Shown here: positions 47,737 through 58,975 of the stretch, one piece after another
Numbering within the stretch: the first letter of the stretch is position 1
Layout: every line of letters begins with the position of its first letter
Assembly: GCA_019828565.1 (NCBI GenBank)
Contig: JAHDYR010000015.1
Coordinates: 359,505 to 423,504, forward strand
Length of the DNA stretch: 64,000 nucleotides
Origin: Carpediemonas membranifera BICM
Lineage: Eukaryota; Protista; Fornicata
Reading direction: 5' to 3'
Program-made: the position numbers and the translations under genes
Notes under the pieces: generated by a model
The model's database searches: none
The model's input: the letters and a program-made list of their open reading frames with translations, nothing else
What the model was told of the DNA's origin: nothing

Positions 47737-48860
47737 TTATTGATAGTCGTCATCGGATTCGTCGTCAGGACCGTTGATCCAGTCCTCAAGCCCGAAGTCC
47801 ACCAGGTACTCGCGGACCACGGTGACCGCAGCAAGGGTTGAGTCCAGACCAGTGCACGTGGGGGCGGTGTAGCCCTCGTACTGCACATGTAGGATGAGGC
47901 GACGGTCAGGGCCAGCGGTCAGGATTTCATGACCTAACACGTCCAGGACGTCATACTCACGCTCAGGGTCAGAGACCTGCAGGGCCAGGCCGAGGCGTTG
48001 CGGCAGGGATGGGAGCTCGTCCATGAGGCGGAGGTTGGCTACCAGGGCGGCCCAATGGGCTTGGGTCACCGAGACGTGATCGGAGCGCTCGCCGTGGAGG
48101 AACAGACGGTAGTACTCCGGCGCGAGAGCCAGGACGACCACGCGGTAGAGGGTCTGGCGAGCCATGCTGGAGCCACAGCCGAGTGCACGGCCGAGCGCTG
48201 ACAGGACCTGGGGGCTGACGTACTGGTTGGAGGTACCGTCACTCTTCAGGTGGAACACGCCGGCGGAAATGGCGGCGCGGACGATGTCCGAGTCGGTCTG
48301 ACCCCGGCTGCCCGAGCGCTCACGGAGGAAGCGCAAGGCGCGGTGCTCCCTCTGGAGCTGCACCAGCAGAGTGGCCGAGATGTCGAGGAGGGCGCCCGCA
48401 TCCCCGCTCCAGAGCGTGCCGGTGGATAGATGGTCGAAGATGGCCTCAAGGGGCACCTCAACGAAGTTGACATACCCCGCAAGGCAATCACGCACCACAG
48501 CGGACAGCAGAGGGTCGCGGTGGGTGAAGCAACCCTGCATGGCACCGCCCGCAGGCACCCGACAGAGATCTCTGGCGGAAGTTGCCGGCACTACGATCGA
48601 GCTGTGTAAGAGGACCGGAGGTGCACAAACCGTTTCAGGGGGTTCTTCGACGCATCTCCACAGCGCTTACGGATAGCCTTCTGTCGAAGAGCGCTCAGGG
48701 ATCGGGCCTTATGACGCTGACAACGAGCGATCGTCGCTAAGGCGTTATCGAGTACCTTACGGTAATCAGCATCGGCTAATTCGCCTGAAAGCTCGCGAAT
48801 CTTATCGAGGGCGCGCGTATCCTCCATGTTTGGCCGCTTTTTCTCAGGAAAAAGCGACAT
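47737..48860 (-). CDS. Duplicated LTR-5 antisense accessory gene (intron 48602-48630)
   Basis: Near-identical to 31736-32859. Confidence 0.75.
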
Positions 48861-49534
48861 ATCCTGCACTTTTCCCGAAAGACGATGGGAAGTGCCCATA
48901 ATGATCCCCATGATAGACCATTCTCAATATTTATACCTCAAACACAGTCCAAGGGACTTCTGTCGTCCGTGGAGCAGTGTTACTGATGTTGATTAGGTTT
49001 CGATGCAGCGCAGAACAAAAAAAGAGCCAGAACTTGCCAACGAAGCCGAATTGGGGCCTCAAAACCCCTTTTTCGGGCGCTGTGTAAGAATGGGGCGGAT
49101 CAGCCTAACGTACCGGAACTTTCAGTATGAGCGATGGCGAAATGCCTAAAAAATGCTCGGGGCGAGAATTCCCGAGTCGAGCGCGAGCCCCAGAGTGCCC
49201 GCGAGGGGGCGGGGCTGTGGTACGTCCTTTTTATACTTATACAGGAGCTCCTGAACCCATATCTTAATTAGCAGCGCTGCATAGATCTTTTCTGAATCTT
49301 TTAGGTATCGTCGACGAATTTTACTTTCATACCTATCCGAAGCGTAATACCTCACTGGGAGGTTGCAATGAGACGTAATTCCAGAAGTTGGTTGTCGTTG
49401 TCCCGCCGATAATTCCAATAGTGGTTCGGCATGAGCGAGCGTAATCCCAAGATCGATTGGTGGCTCTAGCCCCACGTAATGCCAGATGTTGGTCGTGGTG
49501 ATGGCCGCGCGACTGCTTGGCCATGGGGGGGAAG

Positions 49535-49619
49535 TGTAGTCAATATTAACATCTACCAATATCCCCGGGAGGGTCCAAACCTCTTTTTACTTGTAAAACC
49601 TATCTCTTCCAAGACTACA
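49535..49619 (+). repeat. Duplicated LTR-5 3' LTR
   Basis: TGTAGTC..GACTACA, one substitution versus 33532-33616. Confidence 0.9.
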
Positions 49620-51418
49620 CCTACTCCAAGTCAGGACATAAAGTCACAACGGTGGCAGCACAATAGGAACTCGAATGCAGAACAGCACCGACCCACTACC
49701 CCCACGGACCGCACTGAGAACAGGAGAACCGTACCAGATAAGCTTGAGAAAAGGTTGAAATATGTCACCAAGCTGTCATGAAGAAGACAACAACGGTAAG
49801 AGCACAGAGGAAATCATCAGCTTACATGAGAGGTCGCTCATACGACACTGTCAAAGCCTTAAGAAGACACACCCCCTGCAGGATAAAACGGCTGCCAACC
49901 ATCACGGTCTCAGCAGAACCGGATTGAATGTGTTCACTCGCTCGGATAGCGCACTTTGTAACACCCGCCCGACCAACTGTGAGAGGCTCAGCCCCCTTAT
50001 TGTCCATGATATACAACGCGGCAGACCGACTTGGGTCACCATCTGATCACGGCATCAGGAAGACACGTTGCCTTAACAGCCAAGAAGAATTGTACCCACG
50101 ACCTGGCGGGTAACTGGTCATCATCGGGTATGCGCACAAGCAAGGTTGCATCAAGATCAGGCGAAGATATGGTGAGGCGAAAATGACTCCATCACCCACC
50201 TGTATCGGCCCCGCGAGCCTTGTCTCGGCTCATACACGTCCCTGGAACATCCTGGCGTCCCTCCGCCTCGCTCTTGAGTCGAAGTCGTCGATGGTCAAAA
50301 CCGACGTTGACCTTGCGCGCGCTCCCTATAGACGCCGGCGTACAGTCCTGTGCCAACTGGCAGCGCTCGGACCCGCCGTCTGTGCGTCGCTTGGAGCGTT
50401 CTAGAGCTGGATCGGCGAAAATGAGGAAAAAGACGCTTGTTGAGGACAACAACGCTGTGGACGATCGCAATGGGGCAAGATTAGGTGAATAAAGAATAAG
50501 TAGTATGCGCTGACGGCGCCTAGTTGATGTCATTCGCTGTTGAAGAGGCGAACTTGCGAAAATCGACATGAAAACCACAAAGTGGTCAGGAGGGAGGGGT
50601 TATAAGCAAAGAAGGGGCAATGTAGCGATGTAAATGAAATGAAGAGGCAATATCGAGCATTCTGAGCATCGCTCCATCATCTTCGCTGTTCTTCCGACAT
50701 TTCGATGGTGAAATGCCACAGGACGACTCAACTGGGTCATCCAGGAAACACGGGGCAAATCGACCCTATCGGGCCCCCGGGTGTGGTGCCGCACCGCTGA
50801 CCTGAGCGGCGCTTTCTATCGCCGGGTTCTATCCACCGTAATAGAGAAACGTGGGTCCGAGCATCCTATCGCTCATGAGGCCCACCAGGCGGGACCAAGC
50901 AGCTTCTAATCACACGTATACAGACATAAGACCTTCTAGGCAACTTGTCCACGTTCAAGACTGCGTTCTCATCACCGCCAACCGCACGGAGATTGCGGAA
51001 ATCATTCAGCTTCTAGGTTTCGCACGGCGCCTGCTTGTATCCATCATTTATGTCGTCGCGTGGACAACGAGGACGCTCCTGACACTGGAGAATCTTGCTC
51101 GCCTCGTTCACATGATGGGAAACGCCACCCAGTTCGTTGTACGCATGCAAAGTGCGAATTCTACACGGCACATCGGGAGAGGCACTGAATAAAAGCATTG
51201 TATACACACCAAGATCCTCTAGCGACGAAATATCACGCTTGATCTTATTGCACGGCGGAATACTGCTCTCTCTCCTGATCATTAAGAACCTAACGTTCCT
51301 GCCCCCTAATCAACTGTCCGATAGCTACAAGACAGTAATTAATTACTGTGGACGCGCAGGAGGACGAAAGGGAATGATCTGTTTACATAAACTGCACATT
51401 GACTCCTGAGGCACCACA

Positions 51419-53614
51419 CCGACGCCCTGGCACTCCGCTATGATGTGGCTTTGTGTTCCTAGCGGTTGGTCTTCCAGCCACCCGGCTACTGCCACGAGCG
51501 CCTGCGCCTGGGGAGGGTAGAATTGGAGATAGTTGATCAGATCACGCTCGGCTGCGAGTGTGCATATCGGACATACTCTTTGAATGCAGTCGCAGAGCAT
51601 CTCTTGCCCGGGGTACCTCCTGCTTATCATGAGCGCGGCTCCTCGGGTGGTGTGGCTGTTGCTTGCGGAGGGGAGTGTGTTGGAGGCTGTCGCGACCACC
51701 CTCTTCAGTTCCCTCCAGAGCATTATTTTCCCCCTGACAATTTTCGGCTTCTTAGGTGGTTTCCCGCCTGCCATCGTCTGCATAGCTTCCGCTGCCAGCA
51801 CTTCAGCGGCCGCCTTGGCTGTTCGGCTGCCTTTGGTAGCGATTTCACGTGCTGTCATCTTCCATCCCCCGGCTATTGCTCTGGGTCTGGGTTCGTGGAG
51901 GTCGCTGTGGGCCAGTTTTAGTACGTCGTCCGCCCACTTATTCAGCTTCCCGATGACAGATTTGGGGTCCGCTCTTCCCCAGTCGAAGTCCGCTAGGGGC
52001 GATGGGCGGCCAGGGTCCCGGGCCGATTCGCGGATTCTAACCGCTCTTACACCCATGTCCGCTTCCCAGCACATCCATCCCATCATCAGGCGGGCGACAC
52101 CCCCTCCACCGGGTCCGGTTCCCGCCATGAGTCCTCGCCAGTCGTTCCAAAGCCTTCTGCCTCCTGGGACTTGGCCGCAGATTTCGATTCCGAATTCGAT
52201 CTTTGGCCATAGGAAGGTGCGGAGGATGGACTCGGAGACAGCCGCGGGCGTGGAGCCTTTAGTCCATCCCACTCTCCGGGCGAGGGCGATGTACTTGTTC
52301 GACTGTTCTCTTTTTCTTTGCGATGCATGCGCTGAGCGGATGAGGGCCACTTGCTATCCAGAGTCCCAAGTATCGGCCTGACTCCGCTGCTCGGGTGGCC
52401 TCCCCTTGAATTCGTACTTCCGCATTTGGATTGGTACTTATGACGATGTTCTTTCCTGGGCTGATACACAGCTTGTGTGCCACTATCACTTCCACCATTG
52501 CGGCGGTGAGGGACTCCGCATCATTTTCTTTCTTTGCCGAGATGCTCGTATCGTCTACGAACATTGCTATGATGCCATTCCCGGGTCTGTGGTGGGTGGG
52601 GGGAAGCTTCGGGTCTGGTATCTCGCCGTACTGTATTCTGAGTGTCGCCAGGCTAATCCAGTTGGCCGTAAATAGTATGAATAGGGTGGGGGCGACCACG
52701 CAACCTTGCTTGACTCCTAGGTTCGTTTCGGACCATAGGTCGGATCCCCTTACCGCAATGTAGGTCCTCTCCATTGTGCTTTGTACTGCTCTGACTAGGT
52801 GGGGGTGTACACCCATATTGATCAGCTTGCTGACTAGGATGTCCCTGGGAACCGTGTCGTACGCCTTTGCAATGTCGAGCAGCACGCTGGTCCGGTCTCC
52901 TTCTTGGTGCAGTTGGGTTAGGAGGGCGATGTGGTCTATGACTGTCTTTCCCTTCATGAAGCCGATCTGCTCTCTGGGGGTGTGCCTCTCAACTGTTGGT
53001 TTGAGCCTCCATTTGAGTACCTTCCCATATGCTCGGTAGAGGAGGGGGGTGAGTGAGATGGGTCGGTAGGATCCTGGCAGTAGCTTATCTTTCCCTACTT
53101 TGTGTATCGGGGAGATGGAGGCGTACTTCCACGTGGTGGGTAGTTCCCCAGACTCGTATACTTTCTGGAAGAGGCATGTGATTGCCCTGTAGGCCGCCTG
53201 GGGGAGGTCTCTCAGACATTCGCCCGTGATACCATCCGGGCCTCCTGCCGATGATTTCTTCAGGGACTTGATGGCGGCCGTGACCTCCTCCTCAGTGGGG
53301 GGTTGATTAGTTGTTTGGGCCGCCGGGATCTGGTCCCAACTAGGTGCTATGCCACTACTGACTTGGGCGTATTGCCTCTGCAGCTCCCTAGCTATCTCGT
53401 TTTCCCTTGTTAAGATCGACCTCTTTCCTCTGAGCATCGCCGGTAGCCCTGCGTGTTGTTTCTCGTTCCAGAACCTGTGGACCTGGTTTGCTATGACCTT
53501 CTTGGTGGTCTTATACCCTGCCCTTGCGCTGTTTTCCACCTGCTGCGTCCACTCCTCCTTGAAGCTTTTCCATGACTTCTGGAGCTCGTTGTTCAGGGTC
53601 CGCTTGATTTCCAC
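51419..53614 (-). pseudogene. LINE ORF2 reverse transcriptase and C-terminal region (frameshifted)
   Basis: GPDG, YRPISL, QIGF, LDIAKAYDTV, GVKQGCVVAPTLF, MFVDD; CPIC..HIIAEC Cys/His motif. Confidence 0.9.
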
Positions 53615-53637
53615 GGCCCCCGCTTTGTTCCATCGGG

Positions 53638-54578
53638 CTAGGATGAGTTGCTTCCATACGTTCTCCGGGATCCTTTTTGCGATCTCCCTGGTCTGACGTT
53701 CCTAGCGGAAGTTTGAAATCCCACCGATAAGAGTTCCCGTATTTGGTACTCGATTGTATCTACATGGAGCTCCACATCGGGTTGCGGCCATTCCCTTGCC
53801 CTTTCCCCGTTGCGCTCTGGGAGGACATTCCAGGTGGTTGTTCCTGGGATTTCCAGCTTGGGTTTGGCCGGTTGTTTCTTCCAATGCGGTTCGTCCCAGG
53901 TTAGCTCCACTGCCCTATGGGGGGAGCCCCAATGCCCCATCTCAGCTTTGTCAATGACTCTAGCTTTGGCCCTCGTGATCCCCCCAGATACAGCTGCATA
54001 ATCCAGCGTCGAGGTGGTATTCCCACTCATGTATGTGTGAGACGAGGGAAAACTAGGTCTAGATTGTTTCGCTGTAGTGTGGCGCTGGTGGCATGGCGCA
54101 GGCTCCGCGGGTCACGGTTCCAGTCCCCCATGATGATTATCTCGAAGCCGTGGTACTCTCTGACGATGTTTTCCAGCTGTTGGTCGAAGCGGTCTAGCTC
54201 CGCTGCGCTGCGGTCACTTGGAGGGGCGTATATGTTGATGACTGCGATAGCCCTTGAGGTTTCGAGGATGCTAACTTGAACTCGGGGGTTCGTGCCGTCA
54301 GAGACTCCTACATCCCAGGTTGCCTGTGAATGTGGGCTGATCACCGTGGCTACGCCTAGGTTAATCTTGCCCTTTCGAGCCTTGATGGGTTTGGCGTGCC
54401 CTGCACATGCGTATTGTAGGTCCGCCCAACAGGGGACTACGGAGTTACCGTACCTGAATGTTTCCTGCAAGAGGAGGGCGTCCGGGCTCGTGTGCTTGCG
54501 AAGCGCTACCGCTATAGATCCGCTGTAGTCTTCATTGCCCGTTAAGTGTCCTTGGCTGTTAAGGGAGACTATTCGCAT
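53638..54578 (-). pseudogene. LINE ORF2 apurinic-like endonuclease domain (frameshifted)
   Basis: MRIVSLNSQG, LLLQET, INIYAP, IIMGDWN, TLDY, SPH motifs. Confidence 0.85.
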
Positions 54579-54599
54579 TCAGGTTGTTACTGCCTTAAC

Positions 54600-57500
54600 C
54601 TGCACTCCTTATTCTGCACTACCTGCACACTTTCATCTTGTTGTTGGGGTTTAGCATCTGCATAGTTGCCTTCCCAATGGGTGAGCGCCTATGTCGTCGT
54701 TGTTTAGCACGTTGGGTGGGCCGCTTCCCGCCCTGTGGGTTGTTGGTGGGCGGCCCGGGTAGGCGTCTTCTTTGCCCTTGATATTTCTCCAGGACCCAGA
54801 AGCATGCGCTATTCACATGGGGTGCTTGGCCAGAACGGCTGCTTCCTCCAGAGTCCCCAGACGTGGCCCAGGTTCCCTCTTGGAGCTGACCTAGGGTGTA
54901 CCACCCCTTTCACTGGCCGCACCCTCGCGGTGCTTGTCGGGACTTTCGTGCCAGTCTCTATAGCGCTTCTGGCCTCGCACATTGGCAGCATCGTTACCTA
55001 ACTACGCATAGGTGGGAGCGACTCCTTTCGGCGCCCCTCCCAAGGCTGGAGTTCCAGCCTGCCGGACAGGCGGGTCCTCGATGGCGTTCCAACTGCCTCT
55101 TACCCGCCCCCGGTCCCTGCGGGGAACAGGGGTTTTAAGAAAAGAAAAGTCACCCGGGCATTGGCGCCAGTACAGCCCTTCTGGCGGGCTCCAACGCTGC
55201 ACCTATTCCGGCGCCTTCAATTCACCTAGTCCTACACTAACGTGCTATATATACACATCCCTTTAGACTCTGCACTCTTCCCTCCACTGCTTTGGTATGG
55301 CTCGTTACTCATGCATCTCTTGATCTGGTTCGTCGCTCTCGTGCTCCCTTCCGATGCGTAGGAGCTCTTCTTCCTCGTCGCTTCCGTTGGCGGCGGCAAG
55401 CGCCTCCTCAAGCCTGGCCTCGAGGACTCTGTTTGTTTCACGGAGCCTGAGGCTGGCTCTTTGAAGGCCTCCGATTTCTCGGCGATGCGCTGGAGGCGCT
55501 GGCGCTCGCTCGCTCCTCTTGCTAGGGCTTCCCTTTCCTTGGCCAGCTGGCCTTGGAGGTGGGCAACCTCGTTGTTCAGCCGGGAGACTTCCTCTTCGTA
55601 ATGGCTCATGATCCGCTGCCGCTCTTCTTCAGCTCTTCGCTCCACCTCCGCTTGGAAGAGGGCTTGGATGTAGGCACCCATCTGATCGACTGTGCCCAGT
55701 CTTGGGTTTGGGGGCCTCTTCCCTTCGGGGCCGCCCGGCGGGGGCCGGTGCTCGAAAAGCCTGGCTCAGAGGCATCGCCGGGGGGTTGGCCTCTTTGTGA
55801 GGCGTGAGGATCGCCTGTCCCGGGGCCGGGTGGGGGGGGTTCATTCCTCTGGGAGTGGGGTAAGCAGGGCTTACCTGGTGCGCATTAGGGGTGATGATTG
55901 CCCTTGGGGTGGGGTGGGCGGGGGTTACCTGGCGCGGGTTGGGGGTGGGGTTTGTTTCCCCTTGGAGCCTGCTGGGGGAGGGGGTGGCGTTCACCTTTCT
56001 TTGAGATGGGTTCGGGGTGGGGACCTGTCGGTTCTCGGTGAGCGGGCCCTCAAGCAGCCCTAGGGCCGGCCACTCCATGTCTTGGTGAATCTCGTTGGTG
56101 AGCCTCTCCCGGTGCTCTTCGAGGCAGGCTCTAAGCGCGGCCCTTGCCGCGGTCACAGCCTCTTTTTGCTCTCGCTGCGACCTGTGCCCGTCGTTGTTCT
56201 GGGTGTACGGGAAGTCCCACAGGCGGATGGGGGGTAGTCTCATCATGGGACTGCATCCCAGGGCCAGGGTGCCGTCGTATTGAGGTTCGCCCAAGGCGCT
56301 CGGGCGGCGTCTTCCAGGCTCCCCTCCTTGCTCTACTGTGCGGATGCCCCAGTCTAGGGGAAGAACCGAGGGGAAGAAGTTGACATAATGCCTGGGCCCT
56401 CTATCTTGGCGCCGGAGTTCCGCGCTTACGATGAGTTTCGGGACGCCCGCTGGTGCTCTATCGCCGATGTTCACCAGGCAGTGGGTGAGCCGGTGTCTCA
56501 GCTGCTGGGCTGAGCCCCCATGCATCATGTCATGCTTATGGAGCGGGACCAGCGAGGCTGCCTGGGATAGGGTCAGGAGCTCGGGGTGGAGTTTGACCGG
56601 GAGTTGCTCCATGACCCTGGGGGTCCAGGGTGGTACGGTTGCCATAGAAGTCTGGCCAGTAGCCCTTCTCCCTTGCTACGCGGCGCCTACCGTTCCACTC
56701 GGATAGGAGCTCCACCACCAGGGGTCTCGTGCTTGGGCAGGAGTCCGGGCTGAGAACGGCTACGCCCCTCCTTTCAAGGACCCTTAGGATTCCTTTTCCT
56801 GTGCTGAACTCTTGCGCGGTCGTGTTGGCCATGTGGATTTCCTTCGGACGCGGCTTGGTGGTAAAGATCACGTGCTGTAGTTGCCCCAGGGGTGTGATGA
56901 CCTCTCGCCCTCTATGGCGGTTGATATCTACAGCCAGGTCTGGGACCCCGTGTCCTACTCTAATGATGGGGCTTTGTGCCCCCGTCACTTTCCCCCTCCT
57001 CGTGCGATTAGTTCCGCTCCCACATCAGCCCAGGTCCACGGGTTATACAGCATGTGGATGGCCAGGGAGAGTCTTGTGTAGAAGAGCGATACATCCGCAA
57101 GCGCACAGTGACAGTAGGCTGGTGCGTTTTCTGTGATAGGGGCACAGCCCCTTGGGTTCCCTTCTCCTTTGCTGGTCGCGGGTCCAGACCTTGGCCTGCT
57201 CGGCTGCCTTCTGGTCCTCCTGTGGAGGGTCTCTCGGACCGGGCGGTCCTCCTGGGAGGGGGGGTAGAAGAGGGTGAGGGTGCTATTGAGACGGGGGTAC
57301 ACCGCATCTAGGCCGGCTTCATCGATTAGGTGGGTGGCTACCCATGCCCTGGCCGTGGAATCCGGTACGTATTTGGCGCTCGTGAGGACACTTCGTTCAG
57401 CTTCCACCCCTTTGGCAGTCAGGTGGATGAACGCGTTATGGTGTCCTTCGAGACGCCGGAGGGCATCGATCATTTCCGCGCACCATGTGGTGCTGTTTGG

Positions 57501-58975
57501 GAATGTGCTTTCGAATCCCTGGGGGGCCTGCCCAGTGGTGATGTCGACGAAGGTGGCTGGGGGCAACCGTGGAGAATCCTTGAGCTCATCAGAGCCTGGT
57601 CGAGGTCGGCCACCCGAATATCTTCGCCTAACATCCCGTGCAGACTGGCGACGATATTCCCGTTGGCGGGTTCAAAGACTATGACCGCCCCTTCGCATAT
57701 GACGGCCTCATCCCCCGCCTTGGATGCGGGTTTGGACGCTTCGAAGTCAATGCACCCGATCAGCATCCTCTTGCCCTGCGGGTTGGTGAGCGGGCAGGAC
57801 GGGGGAGTCTGCTGTTGGCTGACAGTTCTCTACCCCTTGGCGGGTTGACGTCACTATCACTGCCAGGGACTCTTCTGGCCGAGTCGTCGGCGTTGGGCCG
57901 GGGGCCATCTTGGGTACCCCCGGTCTCCGAGCCCGCACTTTCGCCGCTGGGCATGGTGGCGGGGTTCCCCCGCTAGTTGGGTTCCAACCTGCTTCGCCCC
58001 CAATGAACGAGGGGGCGACTGGATCGCCCATGTTGGGTTGGCCAGTGGTCGGGTCGCCGCCGTTGTGCGGGGCAACGCCCAGGTTGCCCCTGGTGGGTGG
58101 GTCCGTCCTTGGGCCGCCGTTGGGCGGGCTATCACCTGCACTTGCTCTGCCATTATTCGGTGGGGGGGTGACCGGGTTGCCCTCGTGGGGTGGGTTGTCG
58201 GTTTGCTCGTTGCCCTTGGGCGGGCCGTCCCCTGTGGATTCGGTGGCGAGCAGCTTGGTACCCTGGTCCGCCATCCAGATGTTTGCGATCCTGCTAACGA
58301 GGGTGGAAGCGTCGCAGAGGTCCGGGTGAATGAACTCAGGGGCCGGCATTGGCCGGGTAGTAGTACCCCAGCAAGTATCCCATGCGGCCCACAGCTCTTT
58401 GAAGCCCGGAACCGTCCAGCGAAGCACTAAGTCTTCGGCCTCACTGCGCGCTAGCTCGTCGCCGGCAATGTTGAGGGCTGAATCCGTGGGTGTCCTGCTA
58501 ACCAACACAGGTCTGGTCACCCCATCGGTCCTGCTGTAGACAGCTATCGCGGAGAACATGCCACCTTCCCAGGGCTTGACGGCCTGTCCGTCAAGGGGGG
58601 GGGAAGCCTCCTGCTGGGGGTCTGGGGCTGAGGGGGACGGGGGCATCCTCCCAGGCCCGACCTAGGGCCGCCCACTTGTTGTTGACGTTGTTGTGGGCTC
58701 TGTCCGCACCTGGCGCTTTCGCTGAGCCGGTTGTGGCTTGGCCGCCTGCCTTGAGGAGCCAGGCGGCGCTCTGCTGGCCGAACCTTGTCCTGATCCCAGG
58801 CCCTGTGAGGCTTTGGTGACCTGCGGCCTTGAGAGTGCTGGCAACTAGCTCGAACAGCAAGGATCTAGCCGGTGGCGGGCTTGATACCTTGAAGTTGGCG
58901 GCGTTATCCCTCGAGAAGATCACTGTGGTGTTGTTGCACTTGGCGAGGATGGAATCGGCTGCTCTTCGGACTTTT
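54600..58975 (-). other. Fragmented Pro-rich/coiled-coil coding region, probable LINE ORF1 region
   Basis: Overlapping minus-strand ORFs 57747-58646, 56536-56988, 55629-56645 and 55232-55681 (coiled-coil-like), co-oriented with ORF2. Confidence 0.5.
56985..57766 (-). pseudogene. Maelstrom-like DEDDh nuclease domain upstream of LINE ORF2 (frameshifted)
   Basis: IDFE, ICEGA, LHG-LP, AKGVEAE, CPYH (alternate frame) and HCALADV. Confidence 0.5.

Larger units (their letters stand above)
46923..52095. repeat. ~5.2-kb tandem segmental duplication (copy of 30922-35143 plus 45976-46922, lacking LTR-10/11)
   Basis: Near-identical sequence; novel junction at ~46922 between LINE and LTR-5 integrase. 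Confidence 0.92.
6131..58975 (-). mobile_element. Non-LTR (LINE-like, APE-RT) retrotransposon in pieces 6131-7487 and 51419-58975, split by LTR-4 and the duplication
   Basis: APE and RT motifs at 52.2-54.6 kb; reading frame continues across the LTR-4 TSD (HIIAECQGVG|RPSGWEQ); (CTTT)n-type 3' tail at ~6131-6145; 5' boundary uncertain. Confidence 0.75.

Noticed and set aside
1054-51418. CRISPR-like or satellite interpretation of the short direct repeats
   Set aside because: Repeats occur as TG..CA pairs kilobases apart with TSDs and PPTs, i.e. LTRs
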